The notes beneath the pieces are model-generated. The model did no database searches, was not told where the DNA came from, and worked only from the letters and a program-made list of their open reading frames with translations. A program made the position numbers and the translations under genes. A stretch of 62,239 nucleotides of DNA, filler included, from a bacterium (GTDB taxonomy: Bacteria; JBDRGX01), in the NCBI GenBank assembly GCA_043817485.1. It is 7 parts of 7 records of this genome, joined end to end, with 100 filler letters (N's around TTAATTAATTAA, not from the genome) between each part and the next. Parts side by side here need not be neighbours in the genome. Positions count along the whole stretch, not along the records: positions 49,413 to 62,239 come from JBDRGX010000039.1; 6 more parts are not named here. One strand, written 5' to 3'. This document shows, piece after piece, positions 49,313 to 58,855 of the stretch (position 1 is the stretch's first letter; each line of letters starts with the position of its first letter).

Positions 49313-49412
49313 NNNNNNNNNNNNNNNNNNNNNNNNNNNNNNNNNNNNNNNNNNNNTTAATTAATTAANNNNNNNNNNNNNNNNNNNNNNNNNNNNNNNN
49401 NNNNNNNNNNNN
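49313..49412. other. Artificial contig linker
   Basis: N run with TTAATTAATTAA. Confidence 0.98.
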
Positions 49413-50416
49413 AGATTAAATACTTCAAAAATTCTTTGTTTAGTTAAAGCAGAAATAGATAAAAAAGGATAAAATTTTACTGGAAAATTTTCTTTCAATT
49501 TATTAAAATATTTATCTTTATCTAATTTAACTAAATCCCATTTATTACAAAGAATAATACAAGATTTATTATGTTTTTCTATCTGATATAAAATTTTTTT
49601 GTCTTGATCAGAAATTCCTTGTGTAGCATCAATAAGTAATAAAACAATATCTACTTGTTGAATAATTTTAATTGCTCGAATAACACTATAAATTTCTAAA
49701 TCTTTATCTATTTTAGTTTTACGCCTAATTCCAGCTGTATCAAAAAGAGTGTAATAATTATTGTTATAAGAAAATTCAATGTCTATAGAATCAATAGTCG
49801 TTCCCGGATTATCATCTATAATAACTCTTTCTTTTCCTAACCAAGCATTTATTAAAGAAGATTTTCCAACATTAGGTTTTCCCATAATGGCTATTTTCTT
49901 TTTTTCTAAAGATATGTTTTGCCCAGAATCTATATTTAAAAAAACTACAGTTTCGTCTAACAATTTATCTATATTTAATCCTTGTAAAGATGATATTTCA
50001 ATACATTTTTCAAATCCTAATTCATAGCCTAAGCTAAGATTAGACAATAAATTGTCAATTTTATTTATAACAACAATTACTTTTTTATTTTGGCGTCTTA
50101 AAATATCAGCAATTTGATAATCAAGATTAGAAAGAGGAACTTGTCCATCTAAAAGAAAAAGAAAAAGAGAAGATTCTTTAAAAGCAAATTCTATTTGAGA
50201 AAAAATTTTTTTATTTAAAAAATTTTGGGAAGTAATATCTAATCCACCAGTATCAACTAAAGTAAATTTATATTTACCCCATTTACATGTACCATAAATT
50301 CTATCTCTCGTAGTTCCTGGTGTTTCATGAGTAACAGATTTTTTACGTTCAATAAGTCTATTAAAAAGTGTTGATTTCCCAACATTAGGTCTACCAATAA
50401 TAGAAACTATATTCAT
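49413..50416 (-). CDS. der: Ribosome biogenesis GTPase Der (3'-truncated)
   Basis: Two GTPase domains: GRPNVGKSTLFN/DTGG/NKID and GKPNVGKSS/DTAG/NKWD. Confidence 0.96.
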
Positions 50417-50457
50417 AATATTTCTCTTTTGACAAAATGTCTTTAACAGAATGTTTT

Positions 50458-51339
50458 TTATTTATTTTTTATAATACAATTTTTTTTAATTTCTTCATTT
50501 TCTTTAACAATAATAGCTCTACTCAATTTATCGCTTTTAATTAAATCAATTTTAAGAATACCTATTTTTTTTCCTTCATTATAAACAAACATTTCATCAG
50601 ATTCTTTTATTTGATCTAAAAAACCTAAATTGATATAAATTTCATTTTTATCTCTATATAAAATAATTCCTTCAATTATTTTATCGCTAATTATGAACTT
50701 ATTTATTTCCTCTACAATTTTTTTATTTATTACATCTATTGCCTGAAATACTAAAGTTTGTTTAAATTCTTCACTTCCAAAATACATTTTTTTTAAACGA
50801 AAAAATTCATTCATTTTTGTATCTTTTGGATCTGGAATTCCTAAAAAAGTAAAAATTAGTTTAGAATTTGTTATTTTTTGCTCAAATATTTTATTTAATA
50901 AAATATTTTTTTTATTTTCAACATCAAAAATAGAAATGTTTAATTGTACTTGAACATAAAAAGTTTTAACTCCACCAGAAGGACTAGCATAAACACCAAT
51001 TTTATCTATTTTAAATTGTTTAATTTCCCCCAAAATAATATAAGAACAATCAAAAAAATTTCCTATTTTAATTAAATTTTCTTTATTTAATAATTCTATT
51101 AAAGAAATATTGGATTCTTTAAGCCATTTATCAACTTCATATTTTTCTACTAAATTATATTTTGATTGTAATTCTTTTTCTAATAATTCAGATAATCCAC
51201 GAGATAAATTCCAATCACTTTTAAAATCGCTTTTATCCATAAAATCAAAAATGATTATTTTTTTATTACTAAATGAAAAATTGATAAGAAGAAAAAAAAG
51301 AAAAGTAATGAAAAAATGCTTTAAATAAAATAATTTCAA
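50458..51339 (-). CDS. Exported CsgG/FlgT-like protein
   Basis: Signal peptide; I..F..., L...L, LVE, G.....YII.G.I..F; C-terminal IYINLG beta domain. Confidence 0.55.
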   Translation of the reverse strand: MKLFYLKHFFITFLFFLLINFSFSNKKIIIFDFMDKSDFKSDWNLSRGLSELLEKELQSKYNLVEKYEVDKWLKESNISLIELLNKENLIKIGNFFDCSYIILGEIKQFKIDKIGVYASPSGGVKTFYVQVQLNISIFDVENKKNILLNKIFEQKITNSKLIFTFLGIPDPKDTKMNEFFRLKKMYFGSEEFKQTLVFQAIDVINKKIVEEINKFIISDKIIEGIILYRDKNEIYINLGFLDQIKESDEMFVYNEGKKIGILKIDLIKSDKLSRAIIVKENEEIKKNCIIKNK

Positions 51340-51398
51340 TTTAATCCTTTTTTATCAAATTATGACAAAAAAAATTTCGTAGTTTATTGTAAAAAACT

Positions 51399-52391
51399 TT
51401 ATTTTTCAATAATAGTTTCTTCTATACTCATCCCAAAATGTCTTCCCATTTTTTCTAAATATACAAGTACAGAAAAATCTTTTTTTAATTCTACAACAGA
51501 AATTGGTTTACCATTAGGTTGAGTTAACATAATAGTTTCAGCATTTTGTAAAATTAAAGAAATTTCTTTATTTTCACAAACTGCTTTAATTGATAAAAGA
51601 GGTCGTTTTTCAATTTTTATTCTACCAACAATTGCTCTTTCTGCTTTTCCTTTTGCATCAACAATTAAAACTTCATCAGATGCTTTTAATTCAGATAAAT
51701 ATTTAGTTTTATTATCTGGAATTAAAGTATAAGCATGAACTGCACCTGCATTGATTCTAAATGGTCTTTTTTCTACATAAGGATTTTCTACAACTTCTGC
51801 ATGAACTAAAAACATTGCTTGACTACTATTCCCTACTAAAAGCCCTTTTCCTTCACTAAGATAAGAACAAGTATCAACGCAAACTCTATCTCCTAATCCC
51901 AAAGAAGTTATTTCTGTAATTTTAGCTTCTTTTAAAGTAATTTCAGGTAAATCTTGTTTTATAAAATTCACTACTTTTTTTATTTCTTCTGGATTTTTAT
52001 TATTTAATAAAATTCCCTCAACACCTTTTTCTAATATTTGTAATACTAATTTAGATTCTTCCAAATTTTTTACTTCTGCAATAATATGAGCATTATCAGC
52101 AATTAAATTTTCTAAAGGAATTATTTGCCAATTATTAGTTTTAACAATTATTGTTTTATTTTTGCCTATAAAAGCTGCATTTTTTTCTGATTCTTTATCA
52201 TTTATTTCACAAATAATTACATCTTTATCAAGTTTAATATCACCATCTTTAGCAATAGTATTTATTAAACCTAATTCTTTTACTTTAGAAGTATATCCCT
52301 CAGGAATAAAAACAGCATCTACTCCAGCTTCTAAACTAGAAATAACTAAATTTTTATCCCATGGAATTATATTAATCCAAATCTTTTTCAT
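51399..52391 (-). CDS. 3-dehydroquinate synthase II (archaeal-type AroB')
   Basis: WQIIPLENLIA, GDRVCVDTC, RPFRINAGAVHAY, YLSEL, KIEKRPL, LQNAETI, RHFG. Confidence 0.93.
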   Translation of the reverse strand: MKKIWINIIPWDKNLVISSLEAGVDAVFIPEGYTSKVKELGLINTIAKDGDIKLDKDVIICEINDKESEKNAAFIGKNKTIIVKTNNWQIIPLENLIADNAHIIAEVKNLEESKLVLQILEKGVEGILLNNKNPEEIKKVVNFIKQDLPEITLKEAKITEITSLGLGDRVCVDTCSYLSEGKGLLVGNSSQAMFLVHAEVVENPYVEKRPFRINAGAVHAYTLIPDNKTKYLSELKASDEVLIVDAKGKAERAIVGRIKIEKRPLLSIKAVCENKEISLILQNAETIMLTQPNGKPISVVELKKDFSVLVYLEKMGRHFGMSIEETIIEK

Positions 52392-53187
52392 TTTTTTTCT
52401 CTAATAATTTTAATGCTTCTTTAGCTGAAATATTTTGATGAACCATTTTTCCAATAATTTTAACTATTTTAATTGGATATTTATGTTGAAAAGTATTTCT
52501 TCCAATAGAAAGTCCAGAAGCACCTGCTTTCATTGCTCCTTCTACCATTAAAAAAAGATCTTCTTCTGTTTCTAATTTTTCTCCACCAGCTATTACTATA
52601 GGTACTGGACAACCTTTTACAATTTCTTTAAAACTTTCAACACTACCAGTATAATTTACTTTAACAATATCTGCTCCTAATTCAGCTCCTACTCTCGCAG
52701 CATGTTTAATAAATTTAGGATCAAATTCATTTTGTACCTTTGATCCACGAGTATATATCATTGCAAGAAGAGGCATTCCCCATTTCATACATATATCAGA
52801 AATTTTTCCAACATCTTTTATCATTTTTGATTCTGTTAATGCACCTAAATTCAAATGAACAGAAACACCATCTGCTCCTAATTTTATTGCTTGTTCTACA
52901 CTTGTAACTATTACTTTATCATTAGAATCTGGATTAAGTTTAGTACTTGCTGAAAGATGAATAATTAAGCCAACATCTTTTCCAGCACTGCGATGACTAC
53001 TTATAACCAATCCTTTATGAACAATAATAGCATTAGCTCCTCCCTCAACCATTTTATCAATAGTTTCACTCATATTCTCAAGTCCTAATATAGGACCTAA
53101 TGTTATTCCATGATCCATTGGAATAATTACAGTTCTTCCTGTATTTCTATTTATAATTCTTTCTAACCTTACTTTTTTGCCTATCAT
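52372..53187 (-). CDS. 2-amino-3,7-dideoxy-D-threo-hept-6-ulosonate synthase (AroA', DhnA-type class I aldolase)
   Basis: PMDHG.T.GP, HLSAST, LGADGVS.H.N, ELGADIVK, AGG, GRN; overlaps the DHQS II gene. Confidence 0.9.
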   Translation of the reverse strand: MIGKKVRLERIINRNTGRTVIIPMDHGITLGPILGLENMSETIDKMVEGGANAIIVHKGLVISSHRSAGKDVGLIIHLSASTKLNPDSNDKVIVTSVEQAIKLGADGVSVHLNLGALTESKMIKDVGKISDICMKWGMPLLAMIYTRGSKVQNEFDPKFIKHAARVGAELGADIVKVNYTGSVESFKEIVKGCPVPIVIAGGEKLETEEDLFLMVEGAMKAGASGLSIGRNTFQHKYPIKIVKIIGKMVHQNISAKEALKLLEKKNEKDLD

Positions 53188-53217
53188 TTTTTAATTTCTC
53201 CTTGTCTATGAACATTA

Positions 53218-54687
53218 TTATTCGTACTTTAAAAAATCTTTTCTTCCTACTAAATCTTTTACATTTTGTAATCCAAATTTTTGAAGAATTTTTTTTAAAT
53301 GTGTGTACCAAGCATGATATAAATTAATTAACCGTTGTGTTCCCCATTCAACATCAATCATTGAACTTAATTCTGGATCTGTAGTTGCAATCCCTCGAGC
53401 ACAACCTCTTCCACTTTCACAATTTCCACAACGAACACATTCTAAAGCAACTAATTCTGATGTTCCAAGAACTATTCCATCAGCTCCTAAACAAATTGCT
53501 TTAATCATATCATCAGCAGTTCTAATTCCACCAGAAACAATTAATGTAATTTCATTACGAATACCTTCATCTTGTAAAAATTTATGCACTTTAGAAATAG
53601 CATATTCAATAGGCATTGCAATATTTTTTTTGGCTATTTCTGGAGCAGCACCAGTACCTCCATAACCACCATCTAAATGAATAATATGAGCACCAGCAAA
53701 ATAAGAACCTACTGCTACCATATCTACATCAATTGGAGTAGAAACTTTAACTGATATTAAAGCATTTGGATTTACTTGTTTAATCCAATCTATATGTTTT
53801 TTATGATCTTCTACAGAATATACAGAATGAAAAGGAAATGGAGAAAAAAGAGAAGTTCCAACAACAGATTCTCGCATTTTTGCTACTCTTTCAGTTACTT
53901 TTTCTCCTAAAAGATGACCACCTAATCCAGGTTTTGCTCCTTGTGCATATTTAAATTCTACTATTTTTACTCTTTGTATAGTTTCTTCTTTAACACCAAA
54001 AAGCCCAGTTGCTACTTGAGTAATTATATGATCATCATAAGGAATAAGTTCTTCTGGATACCCACCTTCTCCAGTACAAACAAAAGTATTCCATGCTGTA
54101 GCAGCTCTTGCTCTTGCTACCATACAAGAAATTCCTATTGCTCCAAAAGACATTCCTCCACCATATATTGGAATATCAATAGAAATTTTCAAACGCTCAT
54201 CATTTCTTTTATTAAGATTTATAGATGTAGAAATTTCTTTTTGTAAAACATTTTCTATATGTTTAGGAAAATTAAAACTTAATCTATCAAATCCTCCTTC
54301 TGATTTTCCTTTACTTACTTCTAAATCATTTCTTTTTGAGAAATCACCAAATTCAGATTGATGCCAAGTGCTTGTAAGCAAATCAGGACTCCATCTAAAA
54401 TCTCCAAGTGTTTCGTAAATAGGATTGTAATCTAAAATTAAAGCATTTCTCGGACAAGTATTTAAACAACAAAAATCTGTATTTTTACATTCAAATCCAA
54501 TACAATTAGCATTACGAGGAGCCAAAATTTTATTATATCCATCGGGTCTTATATGAACACCATATTTACAAGTTTTAGCACAAGTTCCACAATTAAGACA
54601 TTGTTCCCCTCTTAAAATTTTATATTTACTAATTTTATTTTTAAATCTACTTTGTGTTTGTGTTATTTTTATTTTATTAGTAAGCAC
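53218..54687 (-). CDS. Ferredoxin + FMN-binding glutamate synthase-like subunit (intact motifs)
   Basis: CxxCxxCxxxC; GGMSFGA, TGEGG, QVATGLFG, EFKYAQGAKPGLGGHL, GGTGA, SGGIR, CxxCxxC. Confidence 0.85.
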   Translation of the reverse strand: MLTNKIKITQTQSRFKNKISKYKILRGEQCLNCGTCAKTCKYGVHIRPDGYNKILAPRNANCIGFECKNTDFCCLNTCPRNALILDYNPIYETLGDFRWSPDLLTSTWHQSEFGDFSKRNDLEVSKGKSEGGFDRLSFNFPKHIENVLQKEISTSINLNKRNDERLKISIDIPIYGGGMSFGAIGISCMVARARAATAWNTFVCTGEGGYPEELIPYDDHIITQVATGLFGVKEETIQRVKIVEFKYAQGAKPGLGGHLLGEKVTERVAKMRESVVGTSLFSPFPFHSVYSVEDHKKHIDWIKQVNPNALISVKVSTPIDVDMVAVGSYFAGAHIIHLDGGYGGTGAAPEIAKKNIAMPIEYAISKVHKFLQDEGIRNEITLIVSGGIRTADDMIKAICLGADGIVLGTSELVALECVRCGNCESGRGCARGIATTDPELSSMIDVEWGTQRLINLYHAWYTHLKKILQKFGLQNVKDLVGRKDFLKYE

Positions 54688-56059
54688 AATTATCTCCTTT
54701 TAATTCTTCAAAAATTTCTTTTTCCATATCTTCGTAAAATATGGCTCTACCAACTTCACCTCTTAATCTTCTTACTTCACGAATACCCATTGCTCCTAAT
54801 ACTTCCAATAATTGAGAATGCCAAGATCCAATCATATTCATAATTCTTTGTTTTCCAAATTCAACAGAAACATTTTCTATTTCAACTGGACAAGAAAAAG
54901 TATCACACTTTTCACACAATCGACATTCTAAAGCAACCAAAAGTGGTATATCTATGGAAACAAGATCAACACCACATATAATTGCTTTAGCCATATATTC
55001 TGCTAAAGCAATTCCTCCAGAATAAATTAAAGTAACACTATCTCTTAAAGAATGTTTTACTAAATGAAGATGAATTTCTCTAATAACATCTTTTGCAAAA
55101 CGAGAATTTTGTTCTTCAAATTCTACCCCAAAATTTGTTCCAGAAAGATGTATTATTTCTACTCCATTTTCAACTAATTCTTTTATTTTAAGATACGATT
55201 CTTTATTTATATGTATTTTAACCGCAATAATTATTTGAGGAAATTTTTCTTTAATTATTTTAATTTGATCTAAAACTTCTTCATGATATTCTAATTCAAC
55301 AATTCTAACATTTTCAATTTGTTCAAAATAATTTTTTACATCTTGTCCATCAAAATGTAAAATAATATTATTTTTATATAAAACTAATTCTGAAGTATAT
55401 TTTTCTATTTCTACAATAGAAAATGTTTCAAGATTTGTGGCTACATTAGATAAAATTGAAATATTTTTTGTTGTATTTGCAAAAGGTAAAATATTAAAAA
55501 CAATTGGGATAGGAATATCTATTATTGGAGGTATTTCTGATAATAAATTACCTTCTTTATCAAAATTTAAACAAAAAAGGTTTTTTCCTAAATCAACTGA
55601 AGTACTAATATATTCTCTTCCATGAATACCATCACGAGTAGGTCTTACAATTTCTGACATATCTGTCCACATTTCATCAAACCCTTTTCCAACAAATTTT
55701 CCTCTATATCCTGCTCCAAATACTGGAACTTTTCCAGTTTCTGCTTGAAGCCAAGTAGATGTAATAATTTCACCTTTCCAATAAGAATTTCCTAATGTTT
55801 TAAAAATTGGATTAATTTTCTTAGTTAAAGCATTTCTACTGCATTCCTGAATACAACGAAAACAATTTTTGCATAAATAATCTATACTATCAGTCATTTT
55901 TCTAACATCTGCCAATAATTTTTTATGAACTTCATAAACACAAACATTTTTACATTTTCCGCAATTAATACATTCTGTACTTCTTTCTATTTGAAATTTA
56001 GAAATAGGTGTAAAACGAGGTGGTACTAATTGTGTTTTAATATGATATTTTTTAGGCAT
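54677..56059 (-). CDS. 2x[4Fe-4S] + degenerate glutamate synthase FMN-barrel paralogue
   Basis: CINCGKC..VC and CKNCFRC..EC; GAGYRG...GFD.MWTDMSEIVRPTRD; SGGI...KAI.CG; lacks GEGG and GAKPG. Confidence 0.7.
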   Translation of the reverse strand: MPKKYHIKTQLVPPRFTPISKFQIERSTECINCGKCKNVCVYEVHKKLLADVRKMTDSIDYLCKNCFRCIQECSRNALTKKINPIFKTLGNSYWKGEIITSTWLQAETGKVPVFGAGYRGKFVGKGFDEMWTDMSEIVRPTRDGIHGREYISTSVDLGKNLFCLNFDKEGNLLSEIPPIIDIPIPIVFNILPFANTTKNISILSNVATNLETFSIVEIEKYTSELVLYKNNIILHFDGQDVKNYFEQIENVRIVELEYHEEVLDQIKIIKEKFPQIIIAVKIHINKESYLKIKELVENGVEIIHLSGTNFGVEFEEQNSRFAKDVIREIHLHLVKHSLRDSVTLIYSGGIALAEYMAKAIICGVDLVSIDIPLLVALECRLCEKCDTFSCPVEIENVSVEFGKQRIMNMIGSWHSQLLEVLGAMGIREVRRLRGEVGRAIFYEDMEKEIFEELKGDNCAY

Positions 56060-56295
56060 AATTGCTCCTCTATTGAATAATTTTTAGATTTATAAGAATA
56101 ATATCTATCATTTTAAAAAATTTTGTTTTAATTTAATATTATTTATGTCATTATGTCAAGGAAAAAATCTCTTTCTTTTGTAAAAAAAAGATGAAAAATT
56201 TTACTTTCATACTCTTTTTTTCTTGACAAATATAAACGATTACATATTAATACTATATTTTTCAAAAATTAAATAATTATTAAAAAATAATAATC

Positions 56296-56525
56296 ATAAT
56301 AATTTGCATTTAAAATGATAACAAGGCGATCAGAATTCAGAATAAGAATATTTATATTTATTCTGAATTCTGACTACCTAAACTATTGTTTTGAACCGAC
56401 GATTTAAATCGTCGGTTCAAAGTATAAGCAAAAGTAAAACAATATAAATTATGAATTAAAAATTAGTCAAATAAAAATCTGTAACAAAGCCAATACATTT
56501 AGAGTTTAAATGCGACTTGGTATTA
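56296..56525 (-). mobile_element. MITE-like family A, inverted copy with nested insert
   Basis: TTGCATTTAAAATGATAACAAGGCG ... AACAAAGCCAA..TTTAAATGCGACTTGGTATTA is the reverse complement of family A ends; interior replaced by CAGAATT repeats and palindrome P. Confidence 0.7.
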
Positions 56526-56539
56526 CAAAAAGGATGAAT

Positions 56540-57421
56540 ATGGAAAATTTTAAAAGTGGATATGTCAGTCTTATTGGTAAACCTAATGTAGGAAAATCTA
56601 CTTTATTTAATACTCTTTTAAAAGAAAAAATTTCTATTGTTACTTCTAAACCACAAACTACTCGAAATAGTATTTTAGGTATTTTGTCTGGAGAAAATTA
56701 TCAAATTATTTTCACAGATACTCCAGGAATACTTATTCCAGAATATTTGCTTCAAAAAATAATGTTAAAATCTATTTCTAAATCTGTAAATAATACAGAT
56801 GTAATTGTTTTGCTTATGGATCCTTTTTCTTCTTTTGATTTAGAATTAAAAACAATTAAAAAAATAAAAAAAGAAATACCAGTTTTATTAGCCATAAATA
56901 AAATTGATTTAATTAAAAAAGAAAAATTACTCCCTTTAATTGATATTTCTCAACAATCTTATGATTTTAAAGAAATTATTCCTATATCTGCTATGAAAAA
57001 TGAGGGTATAGATGTTTTACTTAAATCTGTCATTGAATATTTACCTTTTTCGCCTCCTTTTTATGATCCAGAACAATTAACTATAGATCCAGAAAGATTT
57101 TTTGTCGCTGAAATAATTAGAGAAGAAATTTTTAATTATTTTAAAGAAGAAATTCCTTATTCAACAGGAGTAAAAATTGAAGAATTTCAAGAAAAAGAAA
57201 ATAATAATTATATTAAAGCTATTATTTGGGTTGAAAGAATTTCACAAAAAGGAATTTTAATTGGTAAAAATGGAGATGCTTTAAAACAAATAGGAATTCT
57301 TAGTAGAAAACAAATAGAAAATTTTTTAGAAAAAAAAGTTTATTTAGAATTATGGGTAAAAGTTAAAAAAAACTGGCGTAAAGATAAACAAATGCTAAAA
57401 CAATTAGGATATGGTGAGTAA
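56540..57421 (+). CDS. era: GTPase Era
   Basis: KSG...IGKPNVGKSTL, KPQTTR, DTPG, NKID, EIIRE, EEIPY, QKGILIGK KH domain; start moved from 56510. Confidence 0.96.
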   Translation: MENFKSGYVSLIGKPNVGKSTLFNTLLKEKISIVTSKPQTTRNSILGILSGENYQIIFTDTPGILIPEYLLQKIMLKSISKSVNNTDVIVLLMDPFSSFDLELKTIKKIKKEIPVLLAINKIDLIKKEKLLPLIDISQQSYDFKEIIPISAMKNEGIDVLLKSVIEYLPFSPPFYDPEQLTIDPERFFVAEIIREEIFNYFKEEIPYSTGVKIEEFQEKENNNYIKAIIWVERISQKGILIGKNGDALKQIGILSRKQIENFLEKKVYLELWVKVKKNWRKDKQMLKQLGYGE

Positions 57422-57473
57422 AATTATTGAAGAACAAAATACAAAAAACAGAATAAGAACACTTATATTTGCC

Positions 57474-57548
57474 TTGAACCGATGATTTTAATCGTTGGTT
57501 CAAAAATATAAGCAAAAGTAAAACAATATAAATTATGAATTAAAAATT
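57474..57548 (+). repeat. About 75-bp direct repeat of 56391-56464 (palindrome P plus tail)
   Basis: TTGAACCGA.GATTT.AATCGT.GGTTCAA followed by TATAAGCAAAAGTAAAACAATATAAATTATGAATTAAAAATT in both copies. Confidence 0.85.
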
Positions 57549-57632
57549 CCATTCCCTACCCCCCCTGCCAACAAAAAACAGCAGAATTCAAAATAAAAAC
57601 AAATTTTTTCATTTTGTATTCTGACTCCTAAA

Positions 57633-58694
57633 TTATGAATTCTTTTCTTTATCATTATTTTTTACTTCCATTAATAAAATAATAATAGCAAAAATAAGTA
57701 TTAATATAATAGATAAAATAATCCCATCATAAATATTTGCTTTTAAAAGTAAAAGAGAAATACAGCCCGTTAAAAAAGTCACAATATAAACAAATATGGC
57801 TACCTGACAAGGAGAAAATCCTAATCGAGCTAATTTATGAGGAAAATGATTCATATCTCCTACATAAATTGGTTTTCTATTTTTAATTCTAATAAAAATA
57901 ACTGAAAAGGTATCAAATAAAGGAACTGCTAAAATAAAAATTGGTACTAATAAAGCTAAAAAATTTTCTGAAAAATTTCGTGTATAAAGATTCATTATAG
58001 AAATAATTGCCAAAAAATATCCTAATAAAAGACTTCCAGCATCTCCCATGAAAATTTTAGCTGGAGGAAAATTAAACCGTAAAAATCCTAAAACACTCCC
58101 TGCAAAAGTTGCTATTAAAAGTGGCACTAAATATTGTCCAGTCTTTATAGAAATTATAAAGAAAAAAATAGAAGATATAAAAGCAACACCACTTGTAATT
58201 CCATCCATATTATCTAATAAATTAAAAGCATTTATAATTCCAACAATCCAAAAAATGGTAATTATATCTCCTAATATAGAAGAAGCAAAAAAATTTACCC
58301 TAATACCAGAAAAAACAATTATAATAGCAACTAATATTTGAATAATAAATCTTATTTGAAATGAAATTTTTTTTATATCGTCTAATATTCCTATTATAAA
58401 AATAATAAAAGCACCAATGAAAATTATAATTAAACGAGACATTACATTTTCAAAATTAAAATTGAAAAAAGAAAAAAATTGTTTAAATTTAAAAAAAAGA
58501 AAAAAATGAAGACTAATTACAAAAATTAAACTAAAAAAAATTCCAAATCCACCTAATAAAGGAATGGGATTTTTATGTACTTTTCGTTCACCAGGAGCAT
58601 CTAAAATTTTAAATAAAAAAGCTAATTTTCTCATTATTGGCATAAAAAAATATGAAACAATAAAAGAAAATAAAAAAAAATATAAATATTTCAT
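57633..58694 (-). CDS. Undecaprenyl-phosphate alpha-GlcNAc-1-P transferase (WecA/TagO family)
   Basis: D.P..RKVH..P.P.LGG, G.LDD, NAFNLLDNMDG, FNFPPAKIFMGDAGS, P.FDT. Confidence 0.9.
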   Translation of the reverse strand: MKYLYFFLFSFIVSYFFMPIMRKLAFLFKILDAPGERKVHKNPIPLLGGFGIFFSLIFVISLHFFLFFKFKQFFSFFNFNFENVMSRLIIIFIGAFIIFIIGILDDIKKISFQIRFIIQILVAIIIVFSGIRVNFFASSILGDIITIFWIVGIINAFNLLDNMDGITSGVAFISSIFFFIISIKTGQYLVPLLIATFAGSVLGFLRFNFPPAKIFMGDAGSLLLGYFLAIISIMNLYTRNFSENFLALLVPIFILAVPLFDTFSVIFIRIKNRKPIYVGDMNHFPHKLARLGFSPCQVAIFVYIVTFLTGCISLLLLKANIYDGIILSIILILIFAIIILLMEVKNNDKEKNS

Positions 58695-58735
58695 AAAACC
58701 TTCATAAAAAATTTAAAGTGTTTTAATATTTTTTT

Positions 58736-58855
58736 TAAACCAAGTCGCATTCTAAATATGTTGGCTTTGTTATTGGCTCATTTAGCGTATTATTTATGCG
58801 ATTTTGTTGCCTTGTTCTTGTCGCCTTGTTATTATTTTGAATTCAACTTAGTTTA
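58736..58855 (+). mobile_element. MITE-like family A, copy 3
   Basis: ACCAAGTCGCATTC..TGTTGGCTTTG..GCGTATTATTT..GCCTTGTTATTATTTTGAATTCAACTTAGT. Confidence 0.75.

Noticed and set aside
5281-49412. Six recurring N-TTAATTAATTAA-N blocks as a biological repeat
   Set aside because: They are identical 100-nt assembly linkers with six-frame stops; adjacency across them is not real
56510-56539. N-terminal MRLGITKR extension of Era
   Set aside because: It derives from the MITE terminal repeat; the RBS supports the ATG at 56540
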